A DNA stretch of 64,000 nucleotides from positions 292,414 through 356,413 of the forward strand of contig JAUIET010000002.1 in assembly GCA_030429735.1 (NCBI GenBank). Direction: 5' to 3'. This document shows, piece after piece, positions 18,937 through 28,857 of this stretch. The notes beneath the pieces are model-generated. The model made no database searches and was not told where the DNA came from. It saw nothing but the letters and a program-made list of their open reading frames with translations. Origin of the DNA: Gammaproteobacteria bacterium (GTDB lineage Bacteria; Pseudomonadota; Gammaproteobacteria; Pseudomonadales; JAUIET01). How positions within the stretch are numbered: position 1 is the stretch's first letter; every line of letters begins with the position of its first letter. The translations under genes were made by a program, and so were the position numbers.

Positions 18937-21387
18937 ATGAAAATTAATGCTCCGCCTGATAGCGAGGCCGCAAGGCTGCGGCGCTTGCGAGAATTGGGAT
19001 TGCACGATACTCAGGATGACGCCATTCTGGATGTGTTTGTTGATGCGATTGCAGAATACTGTCAGGCACCCATCGCTTTTGTAAGTGTTCTGGCGTCCGA
19101 CAGGCAACTGATCAGGTCAAGCATTGGTCTGCAGGTAGAAGATGTCTCACGTGAGCAGAGCTTTTGCAATCGCTTGCTGGCGCACGACAATGCATTGCTC
19201 GAAATCTCCGATTTTGGCGAAGTAGAGCAAGGACTGGGCGACTTGTTCGGCCATGCCGATCACCCGGTGCATTTCTATGCTGGGCACACCTTGAGTACCT
19301 CGGATGGCCATGTGGTGGGCAGTCTGGTGGTGATGGATACCCGTGCACGACAGCTGAGCACAATTGAACGCGAAGCAATGCAGCGGATTGCCAAAGCCTT
19401 ATCATCTATTATCGATAAGCAGCACCTGTCCACATATGCCCGGCTGGACAATGTCGTACTGCGCAATATCAATCAGGGTATTTTGTTGACTGATACTGAG
19501 GCTCCCGATTGTGTGATCACCTATTGTAATGATGCGATTGTACGAATGACGGGTTTTGCTCGAGCCGAGCTACTTGGCCGCAACAACCAGTTTTTGTTGG
19601 GGAGCGATCCTGCACCTGAAGTTGTCGAGCGGTTTCGACATGGTATGCAGGCGCAAATAGAGTTTACGCTACGAGTGCGTCAACCGTGCAAAGATGGCCA
19701 TTTGCTGTGGGTAGAGTACAACACCAAACCAATATTTGATGAAGACAATGAGTTATGTCATTACCTTAGTATCATTACTGACGTTACGATGCAGCATGCT
19801 CATGCTGTCGCTCTTGAATCGGCTAAATTAGCCACGGAACAACGCGTTGTTGAACGAACCGCTGAATTGCAATCCAGCAACGAATCACTGCGCGAATCGC
19901 AAAATGCTCTTGAGCAACTGCTTGATCAAGCGCCCGACGCTACACTGGTAGTAAATACCAATGGTCGGATAAGCCGCGCAAATGCCAGGGCACTTGACAT
20001 GTTCGCCGGCTCGGACCGGGTGTTAGTGGGTAAACTGCTTGAGGAACTGTTGCCCTCAGATCTTCGTCGCCTGCACCGTGAGCATCGCACCAATTTCAAT
20101 TCCGCGCCAAGCGCTCGATCAATGGGCAGCGGACTGAATTTGTATGCACTTTCCGCCTCAGGTAAACGCATACCGGTTGACGTGAACCTGAGTCCGATCG
20201 AAATTTCAGGTGAACCATTCGTTGTTGCAGCGGTACGCGACGTCAGCGATCGGGTACAGCGCGAAGAAGCGGTTGAACAAGCGCGCCAGGAGGCCGAAGA
20301 TGCAAATACCTCCAAGTCACGATTCCTTGCCACTGCCAGTCACGATCTGCGCCAACCCTTGCAATCGCTGGGCATTTATTTGTCGGTATTGCAGCGGATG
20401 TTGAGTTCCCCGGAGGCGATTGAAGTCTGCGGGAAAATGCGCAATTCCCTGGACGCTATGGCGGATCTGCTCAATTTACTGTTGGATGTCTCCCGGTTCG
20501 AGAGTGGGTCGGTTGAGCCACAGCTTGCCGACTTTGAATTGCAAACGGTATTCGATAGTGTGCGAGCTGAGTTCGAGCCCGCAGCCGCCGAAAAGAACCT
20601 GTCTTTGGCGGTCCAACATACCGATCTCAAGGTCAACTCAGACCGAGCTCTATTGCAGCGCGTGATAGACAACCTGGTATCCAATGCAATCAAGTACACT
20701 AAAGCGGGTTCTGTTATCGTTCAGGCGCGAGTTGTGAGGGATGCGGTCATTCTCGAAGTATCGGATACGGGAATTGGCATTGCTGACCAGGATCAGCATC
20801 GAATTTTTGGCGAATACGTGCAGTTGGACAATCCGCAGCGTGATCGCCGGCAGGGTTTGGGTCTGGGACTGGCCATTGTCAGTCGAATTTGTCGCTTGCT
20901 GGGCATCCCTTTACGCGTGCAATCAGAGCCAGATAAAGGTTCTTGCTTTAGGCTGGAAATACCGCCAGCAAAGGATTCTGTCCGCGAGCTGGAAGATGTG
21001 TCGAATAATGAAGCTCTTCTGCCACTCAAGCATAAGAGTGTGCTACTGGTTGACGACGATGAAGCGATAGTTGACTCTTTAAGCATTCATTTGAGTGCCC
21101 TGGGCATCAATGTCACCACCGCCTTTTCTTTTGCGGAGGCAATTGGGTATCTAGACGGAGGTTATCTTCCAGATCTTATTGTTAGTGACTATAGGTTGCC
21201 AGATAACAACGGAATTGAACTTATCGCAAAAGCCAGAGAGGCGAACAACAAGCCCCTGGCTGCCGTGCTGATGACTGGCGATACCTCGCTGGACTTAAAC
21301 ATACCAGAAAAATTATTGGATATTGAAGTGTTGTACAAACCGGTTAAAGAGGAACAACTGATCTCCACCCTGTGCGCTTTACTTTAG
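18937..21387 (+). CDS. hybrid sensor histidine kinase (GAF-PAS-PAS-HisKA-HATPase-REC)
   Basis: GAF-like N-terminus, two PAS-like regions, H-box ASHDLRQPL, ATPase motif DTGIGI and a C-terminal receiver (LLVDDDE). ATG 18937 is preferred to TTG 18928. Confidence 0.9.
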   Translation: MKINAPPDSEAARLRRLRELGLHDTQDDAILDVFVDAIAEYCQAPIAFVSVLASDRQLIRSSIGLQVEDVSREQSFCNRLLAHDNALLEISDFGEVEQGLGDLFGHADHPVHFYAGHTLSTSDGHVVGSLVVMDTRARQLSTIEREAMQRIAKALSSIIDKQHLSTYARLDNVVLRNINQGILLTDTEAPDCVITYCNDAIVRMTGFARAELLGRNNQFLLGSDPAPEVVERFRHGMQAQIEFTLRVRQPCKDGHLLWVEYNTKPIFDEDNELCHYLSIITDVTMQHAHAVALESAKLATEQRVVERTAELQSSNESLRESQNALEQLLDQAPDATLVVNTNGRISRANARALDMFAGSDRVLVGKLLEELLPSDLRRLHREHRTNFNSAPSARSMGSGLNLYALSASGKRIPVDVNLSPIEISGEPFVVAAVRDVSDRVQREEAVEQARQEAEDANTSKSRFLATASHDLRQPLQSLGIYLSVLQRMLSSPEAIEVCGKMRNSLDAMADLLNLLLDVSRFESGSVEPQLADFELQTVFDSVRAEFEPAAAEKNLSLAVQHTDLKVNSDRALLQRVIDNLVSNAIKYTKAGSVIVQARVVRDAVILEVSDTGIGIADQDQHRIFGEYVQLDNPQRDRRQGLGLGLAIVSRICRLLGIPLRVQSEPDKGSCFRLEIPPAKDSVRELEDVSNNEALLPLKHKSVLLVDDDEAIVDSLSIHLSALGINVTTAFSFAEAIGYLDGGYLPDLIVSDYRLPDNNGIELIAKAREANNKPLAAVLMTGDTSLDLNIPEKLLDIEVLYKPVKEEQLISTLCALL

Positions 21388-21456
21388 CGATCTGGTGTAT
21401 TTACTAGGGCAGCGCAACGACAGGTTGTTGACGAGCAGTGCAGATGTGGGTGTTGA

Positions 21457-22701
21457 CTAAATGCCAGCAGCGAATAAAGCCTCTTTAAGGCGTTCAGAGG
21501 CAATCTGATACGCTGCGTTTCGAAATACCACTTTTTTCTCATCTGCCACCGAAAACACCTGCTCGCATGCTTGATCAAGTTTTTCACGCAAGCCATCGCG
21601 CACCTGCTGTAAGGGCCAATTGACGAATTGCAAATTTTGAACCCATTCGAAATAGCTGACCGTGACACCGCCAGCACTGGCGAGGATATCGGGAATAATC
21701 TGCACGCCGCGTTGAGTCAAGATGTCGTTTGCCGTCCAGCTAACGGGTGAGTTGGCGCCTTCAACCACGCATTTTGCACTTATCGCATTCACATTGTTGG
21801 CAGTGATGGCGTTCCCGAGTGCCGCCGGAATCAGAAAGTCGCAGGTTAATGCCAGTACGCTGGCATTGTCAGTTATGTCTGCATTGTCTACACCAACCAC
21901 TGTGCCTACCTTGTCCTTGTGGTGAATGACGGATTTAATATCAAGACCATCGTGATTGATAATACCTCCCTGACTGTCGCTGACCGCGATAATCTTGGCA
22001 CCGGCCGCATCGAGATAAAACGCGGCATAGCGGCCAACATTGCCGAACCCCTGGATAGCAACAGTGCAGTTTCGCAAGTCAATACTATATCGTTTGGCGT
22101 AGGCTTGAATAACCATACTCACTCCCAGCCCGGTGGCTTCCCTACGTCCTCTGGAACCACCCGTAACCAGCGGTTTTCCTGTAACTACGGCCGGGTTATA
22201 GCCATAGATTTTTGTGTATTGGTCCTGGATCCAGGCCATTATCTGCTCATTGGTGCCAACGTCCGGGGCAGGTATGTCCTGGGTTGGACCAATATTGCGG
22301 TGAATTTTTTCTACAAAGCGGCGGGTTAAGCGTTCGAGCTCAGACGCGCTCAGTGAATCCACATTGCAGTTTATACCTCCCTTTGCGCCTCCGAGTGGCA
22401 ATTCCAGAAGCGCCGTTTTTAGAGACATCAAACAAGCCAATGTTCTGACATCCTCAATATCTACGGTGGCATGATAGCGCAGCCCACCCTTGTAGGGCCC
22501 CCGAGCATTGTGGTGCTGCACTCGATAAGCATTGAAGATCACAATACTGCCGTCATCCTTGGTAAGCGGAATCTGCAGTCGGATCTCGCGACTTGGCGTT
22601 AGCAGTAGTTCATAGACTGCGGTGTTGTAACCCAGTTGATCGCAGGCAAGCTGCAAAAAACGTTCGTGAGTGGCTTCGTTAATTAGTGTTGTGTTGTCCA
22701 T
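21457..22701 (-). CDS. Glu/Leu/Phe/Val-family dehydrogenase (glutamate dehydrogenase-like)
   Basis: 414 aa from ATG 22701, with LPLGGAKGG catalytic-Lys motif and GFGNVG dinucleotide fold. The start lies 1 nt after the upstream stop. Confidence 0.9.
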   Translation of the reverse strand: MDNTTLINEATHERFLQLACDQLGYNTAVYELLLTPSREIRLQIPLTKDDGSIVIFNAYRVQHHNARGPYKGGLRYHATVDIEDVRTLACLMSLKTALLELPLGGAKGGINCNVDSLSASELERLTRRFVEKIHRNIGPTQDIPAPDVGTNEQIMAWIQDQYTKIYGYNPAVVTGKPLVTGGSRGRREATGLGVSMVIQAYAKRYSIDLRNCTVAIQGFGNVGRYAAFYLDAAGAKIIAVSDSQGGIINHDGLDIKSVIHHKDKVGTVVGVDNADITDNASVLALTCDFLIPAALGNAITANNVNAISAKCVVEGANSPVSWTANDILTQRGVQIIPDILASAGGVTVSYFEWVQNLQFVNWPLQQVRDGLREKLDQACEQVFSVADEKKVVFRNAAYQIASERLKEALFAAGI

Positions 22702-22702
22702 A

Positions 22703-24322
22703 TTAGTTGCCTGCTGTGAAGTAAAGCGCTGTGCGAACTTTGTCGGTACTCTTCGCAATAGCGTCGGATTGCTCAGTATTGATCGTAATAGTGTCAGCTC
22801 GTTCGGCATCATCCGGAAGTTCAGCGCTGTTGGTCTGGAAACACAGGATGTCTACATCGGCGTCTGATGGATCCTCGTTCGATTTGCAGCGTGCTACTAT
22901 GCGACGCTCAAGTTCCTCGAAACTTGCTGTGCAATAAACGAAAAGAAGCGGTTTTCCGATAGACCGAGCCAGTCGCCGGAAACGATCGCGCTGTGATCGG
23001 CGTAAACAGGCGGCATCAACCACCGTCGTATAGCCTTCCTGGCAAATCAGTTTTGTCAGATAGTGCAAGCGACTGTATACCTCTTCGCTTGAGCTGGAGG
23101 AATAAATTCCACCCATGATGTTTGCAGAGCAATTTTCATCAGGCAGATAAAAATGCAAGCGCTTGCGTTCGACGTCGGAGCGAATTCGAATACCGGGTAG
23201 TTGTTGCATCAGCTGCCCGGCAACCGTTGATTTGCCTGACGCTGACAAACCACACATAACAAGTAACGCTCCATCTGACGGTTCGCAAAAGCCATTGGCC
23301 AAGTGTATAAAGTGTCTATACTGCTCGATTAATCCGCGCCGTTCACTGCCGTCAGGTAGTTGCTGCAAGCGAAATGCAATTACTTTTGCGCGAACCATCG
23401 CACGATATACGCTGTAAAATCGCAGTAGTCGAACTCCATCGTAGTGGCCAGTGTACTCAAGGTAGGAATTGATGAACCGATAGGCGAATTCGTGGTGGTT
23501 TCTGCTTAGCAGGTCAACGAATAGAAATGCTACCTCACTGATCACATCAATGTGCCGCCAATCAGTATTGAATTCGATGCAATCAAAGGCATCAATCTGA
23601 TCGCCGTTCAAGTAGAGATTTTCTAGATGCAAATCGCCATGACAATCTCTAACTTGGCCGTCGGCCTTGCGCTGTAACATGGTTTTTCGCAATCGCCGGC
23701 TTTGCTGTGCTGTCCATGATTCGATGCGATGCTCTAGCTTCAAAGTGTCAGCATGGACTGGATTAGTTGCGATTTCCTTGAAATTATCCATCGCAGGCAC
23801 GATCACATGGTCCGGCTCGCCGCTGTGTTCGTCTGCTTGGCCGCCATGTTTAACGTCCGGGAAGGCCTTCGCCTGCATATGATAACGGGCAATACGGACA
23901 CCGAGTTGATCGATATCTCTCGCGCTTAACAAGCCGTTATCAAGCAGTTTATCGAGTCGGTGTTCGGGTGAAAACTGGCGCATTTTTACCGCGTAGTCCA
24001 GCAATGTATCATTGCTGTTACGCCTGTCGCCTACATAAAGTTGTGCGCCCGAGTCATACATGCCTACCACTGCGAGATACAAGCCCGGTGAATAGCGTTG
24101 GTTTAGCTTTAGTTCCTGGTCGCAGTAGTACTGACGATTTTCCAAAGTCGAAAAATCCAGGAAGGGAAGGTGTACAGCTTTTTTTATTTTATACGCAAAT
24201 TCGCCGGTCAGGATGACCCAGGATACATGGGTTTCACATAGCCGAATGTCACTAGCCGGGTGCGAATAACTGTCTGCTGTGAGTAAATCATGAATGTTTA
24301 ATGGCATATCATTGTTCTCCAT
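22703..24322 (-). CDS. bifunctional APH-fold (kinase-like) / P-loop kinase protein
   Basis: 539 aa. N-terminal part has HGDLHLENL (APH/protein-kinase-like catalytic loop). C-terminal part has the GLSASGKST Walker A motif. Confidence 0.75.
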   Translation of the reverse strand: MENNDMPLNIHDLLTADSYSHPASDIRLCETHVSWVILTGEFAYKIKKAVHLPFLDFSTLENRQYYCDQELKLNQRYSPGLYLAVVGMYDSGAQLYVGDRRNSNDTLLDYAVKMRQFSPEHRLDKLLDNGLLSARDIDQLGVRIARYHMQAKAFPDVKHGGQADEHSGEPDHVIVPAMDNFKEIATNPVHADTLKLEHRIESWTAQQSRRLRKTMLQRKADGQVRDCHGDLHLENLYLNGDQIDAFDCIEFNTDWRHIDVISEVAFLFVDLLSRNHHEFAYRFINSYLEYTGHYDGVRLLRFYSVYRAMVRAKVIAFRLQQLPDGSERRGLIEQYRHFIHLANGFCEPSDGALLVMCGLSASGKSTVAGQLMQQLPGIRIRSDVERKRLHFYLPDENCSANIMGGIYSSSSSEEVYSRLHYLTKLICQEGYTTVVDAACLRRSQRDRFRRLARSIGKPLLFVYCTASFEELERRIVARCKSNEDPSDADVDILCFQTNSAELPDDAERADTITINTEQSDAIAKSTDKVRTALYFTAGN

Positions 24323-24357
24323 GTTTTTGAATTATCCACGATCGTTGGCGAAAGCAA

Positions 24358-24371
24358 TTGATACCGGTCAA
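24358..24371. promoter_or_regulatory. FNR/Anr-type box, one mismatch (TTGATaccgGTCAA)
   Basis: Its centre is 42.5 nt upstream of the kinase start (24322). Confidence 0.5.
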
Positions 24372-24393
24372 ATACTGATACATTGATAGAGGT

Positions 24394-24407
24394 TTGATAG
24401 AAATCAT
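24394..24407. promoter_or_regulatory. FNR/Anr-type box, one mismatch (TTGATagaaATCAT)
   Basis: Its centre is 62.5 nt upstream of the UspE-like ATG (24463). Confidence 0.5.
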
Positions 24408-24462
24408 ACGAATCCATGACAGCCGGCGTAAGCTTTGGTTTAGCACGAATAGGGGGGAGTGT

Positions 24463-25392
24463 ATGAGTCAATTATCTAAATGCATGGTAGCTTTAAGTCC
24501 TGAAGTGGACGGGCAAAAAGCTCTGGATTCAGCGCTGCATTGGTTAGGTGACCGTGAAGGTGAAATAGACTTGGTATGCGTGGATCATTCGCCACCAATT
24601 ACGCCAGGGTATTATTTTCACGACTATTATCGATTGGCACCGATGAAGAGAGCTCGCATAGCCCGTTACACAAAATGGATTGAGGCAATCGCTGACTCTG
24701 TGCAAACTGATCAGCGAAAAGTAACTGCGAAGGTTCTCGAAGGCTTCACCGAATATGAAACTCTGGCTGAGTACGTGGTTAATACTCAGCCAGAAATCGT
24801 TTTCTATGGAGTGGGCTACCATACTCATCTTGAGCGAGCTTTTATGTCCCACCCGGATTGGCAGATGCTGAAAGCCTGCCCGGTACCTTTAATGTTGGTC
24901 AAACACCGGCAATGGGCTGAAAACCCAAAGATAGTCGCTGCAATTGACCCACTGCATACCAACGATGAAGAGTCACTGCTTGACCGCGCAATTCTTTCTA
25001 TTGCGCTGGAAATTGAAGCACTTAAAAGCGGTGATCTGTCTGTATTTCATTCCACACATCAATCATTGTTGAGTGGTAATGAGGAAGTGAAAACCCAGAT
25101 GGGCGAGTTTCAGCGCGAACGCTGTGAGGAATTGCTGGATTCTATGTCGATCAGCACCGATAAATTACAGTTTTCGGAACAGTCGGTAGTGACTGCGCTC
25201 AGCGAATACTGCAACGACCAGAGGGTAGATCTCTTGATCATGGGCGCCGTGTCAAGAAGTCGCTTGGCTGAGGTATTCGTTGGTCGTGTTGCAGAGCGTT
25301 TGATTGATACTATTAACTGCGATGTGCTGATCATTAAGCCTCCTGGTTTGGTGCGTTCACTGATATCGCAGGCATCCGAGGGTAGCAAATAA
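24463..25392 (+). CDS. tandem universal stress protein (UspE-like, second copy)
   Basis: 309 aa from ATG 24463, with GGGGGAG upstream. Two USP halves (IVAAIDP..., LLIMGAVSRS, CDVLIIKP). Confidence 0.8.
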   Translation: MSQLSKCMVALSPEVDGQKALDSALHWLGDREGEIDLVCVDHSPPITPGYYFHDYYRLAPMKRARIARYTKWIEAIADSVQTDQRKVTAKVLEGFTEYETLAEYVVNTQPEIVFYGVGYHTHLERAFMSHPDWQMLKACPVPLMLVKHRQWAENPKIVAAIDPLHTNDEESLLDRAILSIALEIEALKSGDLSVFHSTHQSLLSGNEEVKTQMGEFQRERCEELLDSMSISTDKLQFSEQSVVTALSEYCNDQRVDLLIMGAVSRSRLAEVFVGRVAERLIDTINCDVLIIKPPGLVRSLISQASEGSK

Positions 25393-25439
25393 TTGATTGG
25401 CTGGAAGTGCATTTTCTGCAAAGGTAAGGCCACCATTAT

Positions 25440-25453
25440 TTGATTACGATCAA
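25440..25453. promoter_or_regulatory. FNR/Anr-type box, perfect (TTGATtacgATCAA)
   Basis: Its centre is 86.5 nt upstream of ATG 25533. Confidence 0.65.
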
Positions 25454-25478
25454 TATGTTTTGCTCACTGCGAACTACG

Positions 25479-25500
25479 CTAGTGTCCCTTACCATAAGTC
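25479..25500. repeat. solo copy of the MITE terminal repeat (20 of 22 nt)
   Basis: CTAGTGTCCCTTAcCATAAGTc compared with the left TIR CTAGTGTCCCTTAACATAAGTT at 40931. Confidence 0.55.
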
Positions 25501-25532
25501 ACAATCCGGTATTAACTCTTCGGGAGAAATCT

Positions 25533-25844
25533 ATGAACAATGAAGTGAAAGAAATGGGTAATGACGCTGTCGAGCGAATCAAGAAAGAATATCGTGACAG
25601 CGTTGATTTTCTTCGCCGTGAACGCGACGAAATCAAGCTTAAAATCCATCTTGGAAATGCCGAAATCCGTGATCAATGGGATGAAGTCGAAAAGAAATGG
25701 GAACACTTTCAAGCACGTGCAGAGATTGTAGGGAGAATTACAAAAGATTCAGCCAAAGAAGTAGGGGAGGCGAGCAAGATAGTTGGTGAGGAGCTAAAAA
25801 ACTCCTATCGACGAATTCGCGACAGCCTTGGTACCAATCGTTGA
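25533..25844 (+). CDS. small charged coiled-coil protein, hypothetical
   Basis: 103 aa from ATG 25533. Lys/Glu-rich amphipathic helices and no motif recognised. Confidence 0.5.
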   Translation: MNNEVKEMGNDAVERIKKEYRDSVDFLRRERDEIKLKIHLGNAEIRDQWDEVEKKWEHFQARAEIVGRITKDSAKEVGEASKIVGEELKNSYRRIRDSLGTNR

Positions 25845-25857
25845 GCGAGAATGTTGG

Positions 25858-25873
25858 CTGGCAACAGTGCCAG
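25858..25873. terminator. short hairpin between convergent genes (CTGGCA-acag-TGCCAG)
   Basis: 6-bp perfect stem between the stops at 25844 and 25882. There is no strong U-tract. Confidence 0.25.
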
Positions 25874-25881
25874 GCAAGCAA

Positions 25882-26580
25882 TTACTCTTTGCTCCAATGT
25901 TCGATGAGAGACGCGATATCCCTGTTGTATTGCCGGTAGAGTCGATCAAATTTGCGCTTATATTCTTTGCCGATATTAACGCCTTGAATATTGAAGTTGT
26001 GAACTTTCCAAACGCCGCTCTCATTGCGATGTAAGTTGTAAATAATGATATTTGGCTCGCTCGGTCCGCCAAAAACGTACTGAGTTACATTTATTTCTTT
26101 TGCACCTTGCTTTGCGTATTTTGGGTAGCGCACTTCCGTTCGTTTACAGCAAAAGAAGAACAGAGCATTTCCGTAGGCTTTAGCAATTGCTTCATGGATC
26201 AGGGTGGTGAATTGTTCGATCTGACTGGCAGATGCATACATGTCGTCGTTTCTGCTTTTCTGGAGCGCTGAGTTCATTATACCCAGGCTCAATGCCTCAA
26301 AATTAGTCACTTCGCCTAGTGCGCTTCCAATCTGCTGGTAGTATCTTTCCGGTTCGTTTTCATAGTAGTGTTTTGCGCCCAATGCCAGCTGTATCGTGCG
26401 CTCTGCGGTGCGCTCAACAAGGTTGAATGCTTCAGCAATGGTCTGTTGTTCAGGGTCGGTTGTGGCGGCTAACGTGTGGAAAGTGATTGACAACAGCGTA
26501 CAGAAGACCCCGAGTATTGCGGCTATGCGATGAATTACACTGGGTTTTAATGTTGTGGTCACTATGCGCCCTCCGTACAA
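25882..26580 (-). CDS. second MlaC/Ttg2D-like periplasmic lipid-binding protein
   Basis: About 230 aa with signal/anchor. The C-terminal part resembles the MlaC at 26897..27601 (e.g. GEWKLRNLTIENINLG vs GVWKVHNFNIQGVNIG). The start could instead be GTG 26562. Confidence 0.6.
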   Translation of the reverse strand: MYGGRIVTTTLKPSVIHRIAAILGVFCTLLSITFHTLAATTDPEQQTIAEAFNLVERTAERTIQLALGAKHYYENEPERYYQQIGSALGEVTNFEALSLGIMNSALQKSRNDDMYASASQIEQFTTLIHEAIAKAYGNALFFFCCKRTEVRYPKYAKQGAKEINVTQYVFGGPSEPNIIIYNLHRNESGVWKVHNFNIQGVNIGKEYKRKFDRLYRQYNRDIASLIEHWSKE

Positions 26581-26897
26581 GCAGTTGACTCGTGCTTGTT
26601 ATCCGCTGTTGATAATATGGTTTGAAGGCCGCTGACCGTGATCATGCCACTAAGACATCTTGGAACATTTATATACCGTACTGGTTTACCTAAGGCGGCA
26701 GCGGTACGTTGCCACGAAAGCAAAAGCGCAATGCCTGCGCTGCTTGCATAACTGACTTCAGACAGATCAATAACAATACTGCCTGCAAATGAGTCCAATA
26801 ATCTCTCACCTTTGTCTTTCAATTCTATCACCGAATCAGCGGTGAGCTTGCCGGTTAGCAATGCAATGCGATCTTCACCGCAGGTAATATCGGCCAT
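26562..26897 (-). CDS. mlaB: STAS-domain protein MlaB
   Basis: 111 aa, STAS-like, in the canonical position after mlaC. Confidence 0.7.
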   Translation of the reverse strand: MADITCGEDRIALLTGKLTADSVIELKDKGERLLDSFAGSIVIDLSEVSYASSAGIALLLSWQRTAAALGKPVRYINVPRCLSGMITVSGLQTILSTADNKHESTACTEGA

Positions 26898-27601
26898 CAG
26901 GTTTCCCCGTCAGATGATGCGCCATCGATTCGGGATTGCGCGCTTGAGACCGCCCAGTTATCGATCACAGCGTCTATGTCGCCATTGAAACGCTTGTATT
27001 CGCTGGCAAATTGCTCGCGAAATATTTTGCCAAGATTGATGTTCTCGATGGTTAGATTGCGGAGCTTCCACTCGCCCAGCCTGTTTTTTCGAAACTTGTA
27101 TTGCACGCGGTAGGGCTCTGCGCGATCTCCAAATATGTATTGGGTAATTATGTTACTTGGCCTCTGTAAAGTTTCCCGCGGCTTGTTGACCTCAATCTTT
27201 TCACCGCTGAATTTCATTAAACCTTTTGCATAGGTCTCGATCAGTCCCTGCTTGAAACGTTGACTGAAACGCTGTACTTGCGAATTCAGCCTGGCTTGTT
27301 GTTCTGGGTTGAGTCCAGCCATAGCTGACTTGCTTGCATACACTCCCATTACGCTGCGCGAGAACGAATAGAAGTCAGTAATGCCGCTGAGAATCAGGTC
27401 AATTTGCTGGTGAAATTCGTCAGGGTATTGTTCGTAGCGTGGTCGCGCCCGTTCAATTTGCTTGATTATCTGGTCCGTAGTTTCAAGGACAATTGTGTAT
27501 GGGCTTTGCGCGGTCTGCGCTGACGTGACAGTAATCCAGCTGAAAGTCACTATCAGTAGTACAATCTGCACAGCATTACTTTGCGTTGGGTTGAATTGCA
27601 C
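26897..27601 (-). CDS. mlaC: phospholipid-binding periplasmic protein MlaC (Ttg2D)
   Basis: 234 aa with a signal peptide. Ttg2D-like sequence in mlaFEDCB gene order. Confidence 0.8.
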   Translation of the reverse strand: MQFNPTQSNAVQIVLLIVTFSWITVTSAQTAQSPYTIVLETTDQIIKQIERARPRYEQYPDEFHQQIDLILSGITDFYSFSRSVMGVYASKSAMAGLNPEQQARLNSQVQRFSQRFKQGLIETYAKGLMKFSGEKIEVNKPRETLQRPSNIITQYIFGDRAEPYRVQYKFRKNRLGEWKLRNLTIENINLGKIFREQFASEYKRFNGDIDAVIDNWAVSSAQSRIDGASSDGET

Positions 27602-27606
27602 GGTGC

Positions 27607-28071
27607 CTACTCCTTTTCAGACAGGCTCGAGAACGCCCGACTGATCATGTCTTCCAGAATATGCGCTGACTGAGTGTCTTCAATGTGACCGCCGTCATTC
27701 AGTTCATCCATGCTGCCGCCCAGGCTGATGCTGATAAACTTGTCCCCCAGCAGACCGCTTGTTTGTATTGACGCGATGCTGTCATCAGGCAATTTACCCA
27801 CGTCCTCAAAAATTTTCATTGTGACCAGCGCTCTATAGCTGAGGGTATCGAGCTCAATATCAGACACCCTGCCAACGACTACGCCGGAGATGGATACTTT
27901 GGCTCGCTCGTGCAGATCAGAGACATTATCGAAGCTGGCGGTTAGTTGATAGGTTGGTCTGGAATTGCTCATAGTGATACCACTCACTTTAAAAGCCATT
28001 AGGGTAAGTGCAACTGCACCACCAACAATGAACAATCCGACCGAAATTTCAGTCATTCGATTCAAGGGCAT
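27607..28071 (-). CDS. mlaD: MCE-domain protein MlaD
   Basis: 154 aa with an N-terminal TM anchor and an MCE domain (VSISGVVVGRVSDIELD). Confidence 0.9.
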   Translation of the reverse strand: MPLNRMTEISVGLFIVGGAVALTLMAFKVSGITMSNSRPTYQLTASFDNVSDLHERAKVSISGVVVGRVSDIELDTLSYRALVTMKIFEDVGKLPDDSIASIQTSGLLGDKFISISLGGSMDELNDGGHIEDTQSAHILEDMISRAFSSLSEKE

Positions 28072-28853
28072 CAGAATTCTCCAAACATCATGGCAGTCAA
28101 TATCAAATCAAATCCAAGTATGGCCAGGGATGAAAACACGACCGTTCGCGTAGTAGACGACGCAATACCCTCAGAATTTGGCCGGGTGACAAAACCCTGA
28201 TACACAGCAATCCAGGATACCAGTACCCCGAACACGACGGACTTAATGATGCCATTGATAACATCTTCACCAAAATCAACTGCCTCTCTTGTGTTAGACC
28301 AATAGGCACCAGGATCCACACCAAGCAAATCAATACTCACCCATGCACCACCGAAAATAGCAAAGACGTTAAACAACAGCGCCAGAACAGGCATACTGTA
28401 AATTCCGGCCCACAGGCGAGGGCTAACAACGCGTCGCAGTGGGTCAACACCAATCATTTCCAGCGACGATAGTTGCTCGGTTGCTTTCATCAGTCCAATT
28501 TCAGATGTAATTGCTGAGCCGGCACGACCGGCAAACAATAGTGCGGTGACCACTGGCCCCAGTTCTCTTAGCATCGACAGCGCGATAAGCTGGCCGAGTG
28601 CGTCTGTTGTTCCGAACTTTGAGAGTATTGTATAACCCTGCAACGCCAGTACCATGCCAATGAACAACCCCGAAACAACAATAATAACGACAGATCGAAT
28701 GCCAAGCTGACTGATTTGCTTGATCAGTAAAGGAAACGTTGCTATGAACTGCGGTTTGGCTACGATCGTGCGAAATAGAAAAATGCCCGACCTACCCAGT
28801 GAGGCGCATGCGTCAATTCCCGTTTTACCCAGCGATTGAAGGTAATTTGTCAT
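28071..28853 (-). CDS. mlaE: ABC permease MlaE
   Basis: 260 aa from ATG 28853 (MTNYLQSLGKTG...). The track ORF extension to 28931 overlaps mlaF. Confidence 0.9.
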   Translation of the reverse strand: MTNYLQSLGKTGIDACASLGRSGIFLFRTIVAKPQFIATFPLLIKQISQLGIRSVVIIVVSGLFIGMVLALQGYTILSKFGTTDALGQLIALSMLRELGPVVTALLFAGRAGSAITSEIGLMKATEQLSSLEMIGVDPLRRVVSPRLWAGIYSMPVLALLFNVFAIFGGAWVSIDLLGVDPGAYWSNTREAVDFGEDVINGIIKSVVFGVLVSWIAVYQGFVTRPNSEGIASSTTRTVVFSSLAILGFDLILTAMMFGEF

Positions 28854-28857
28854 ATGC

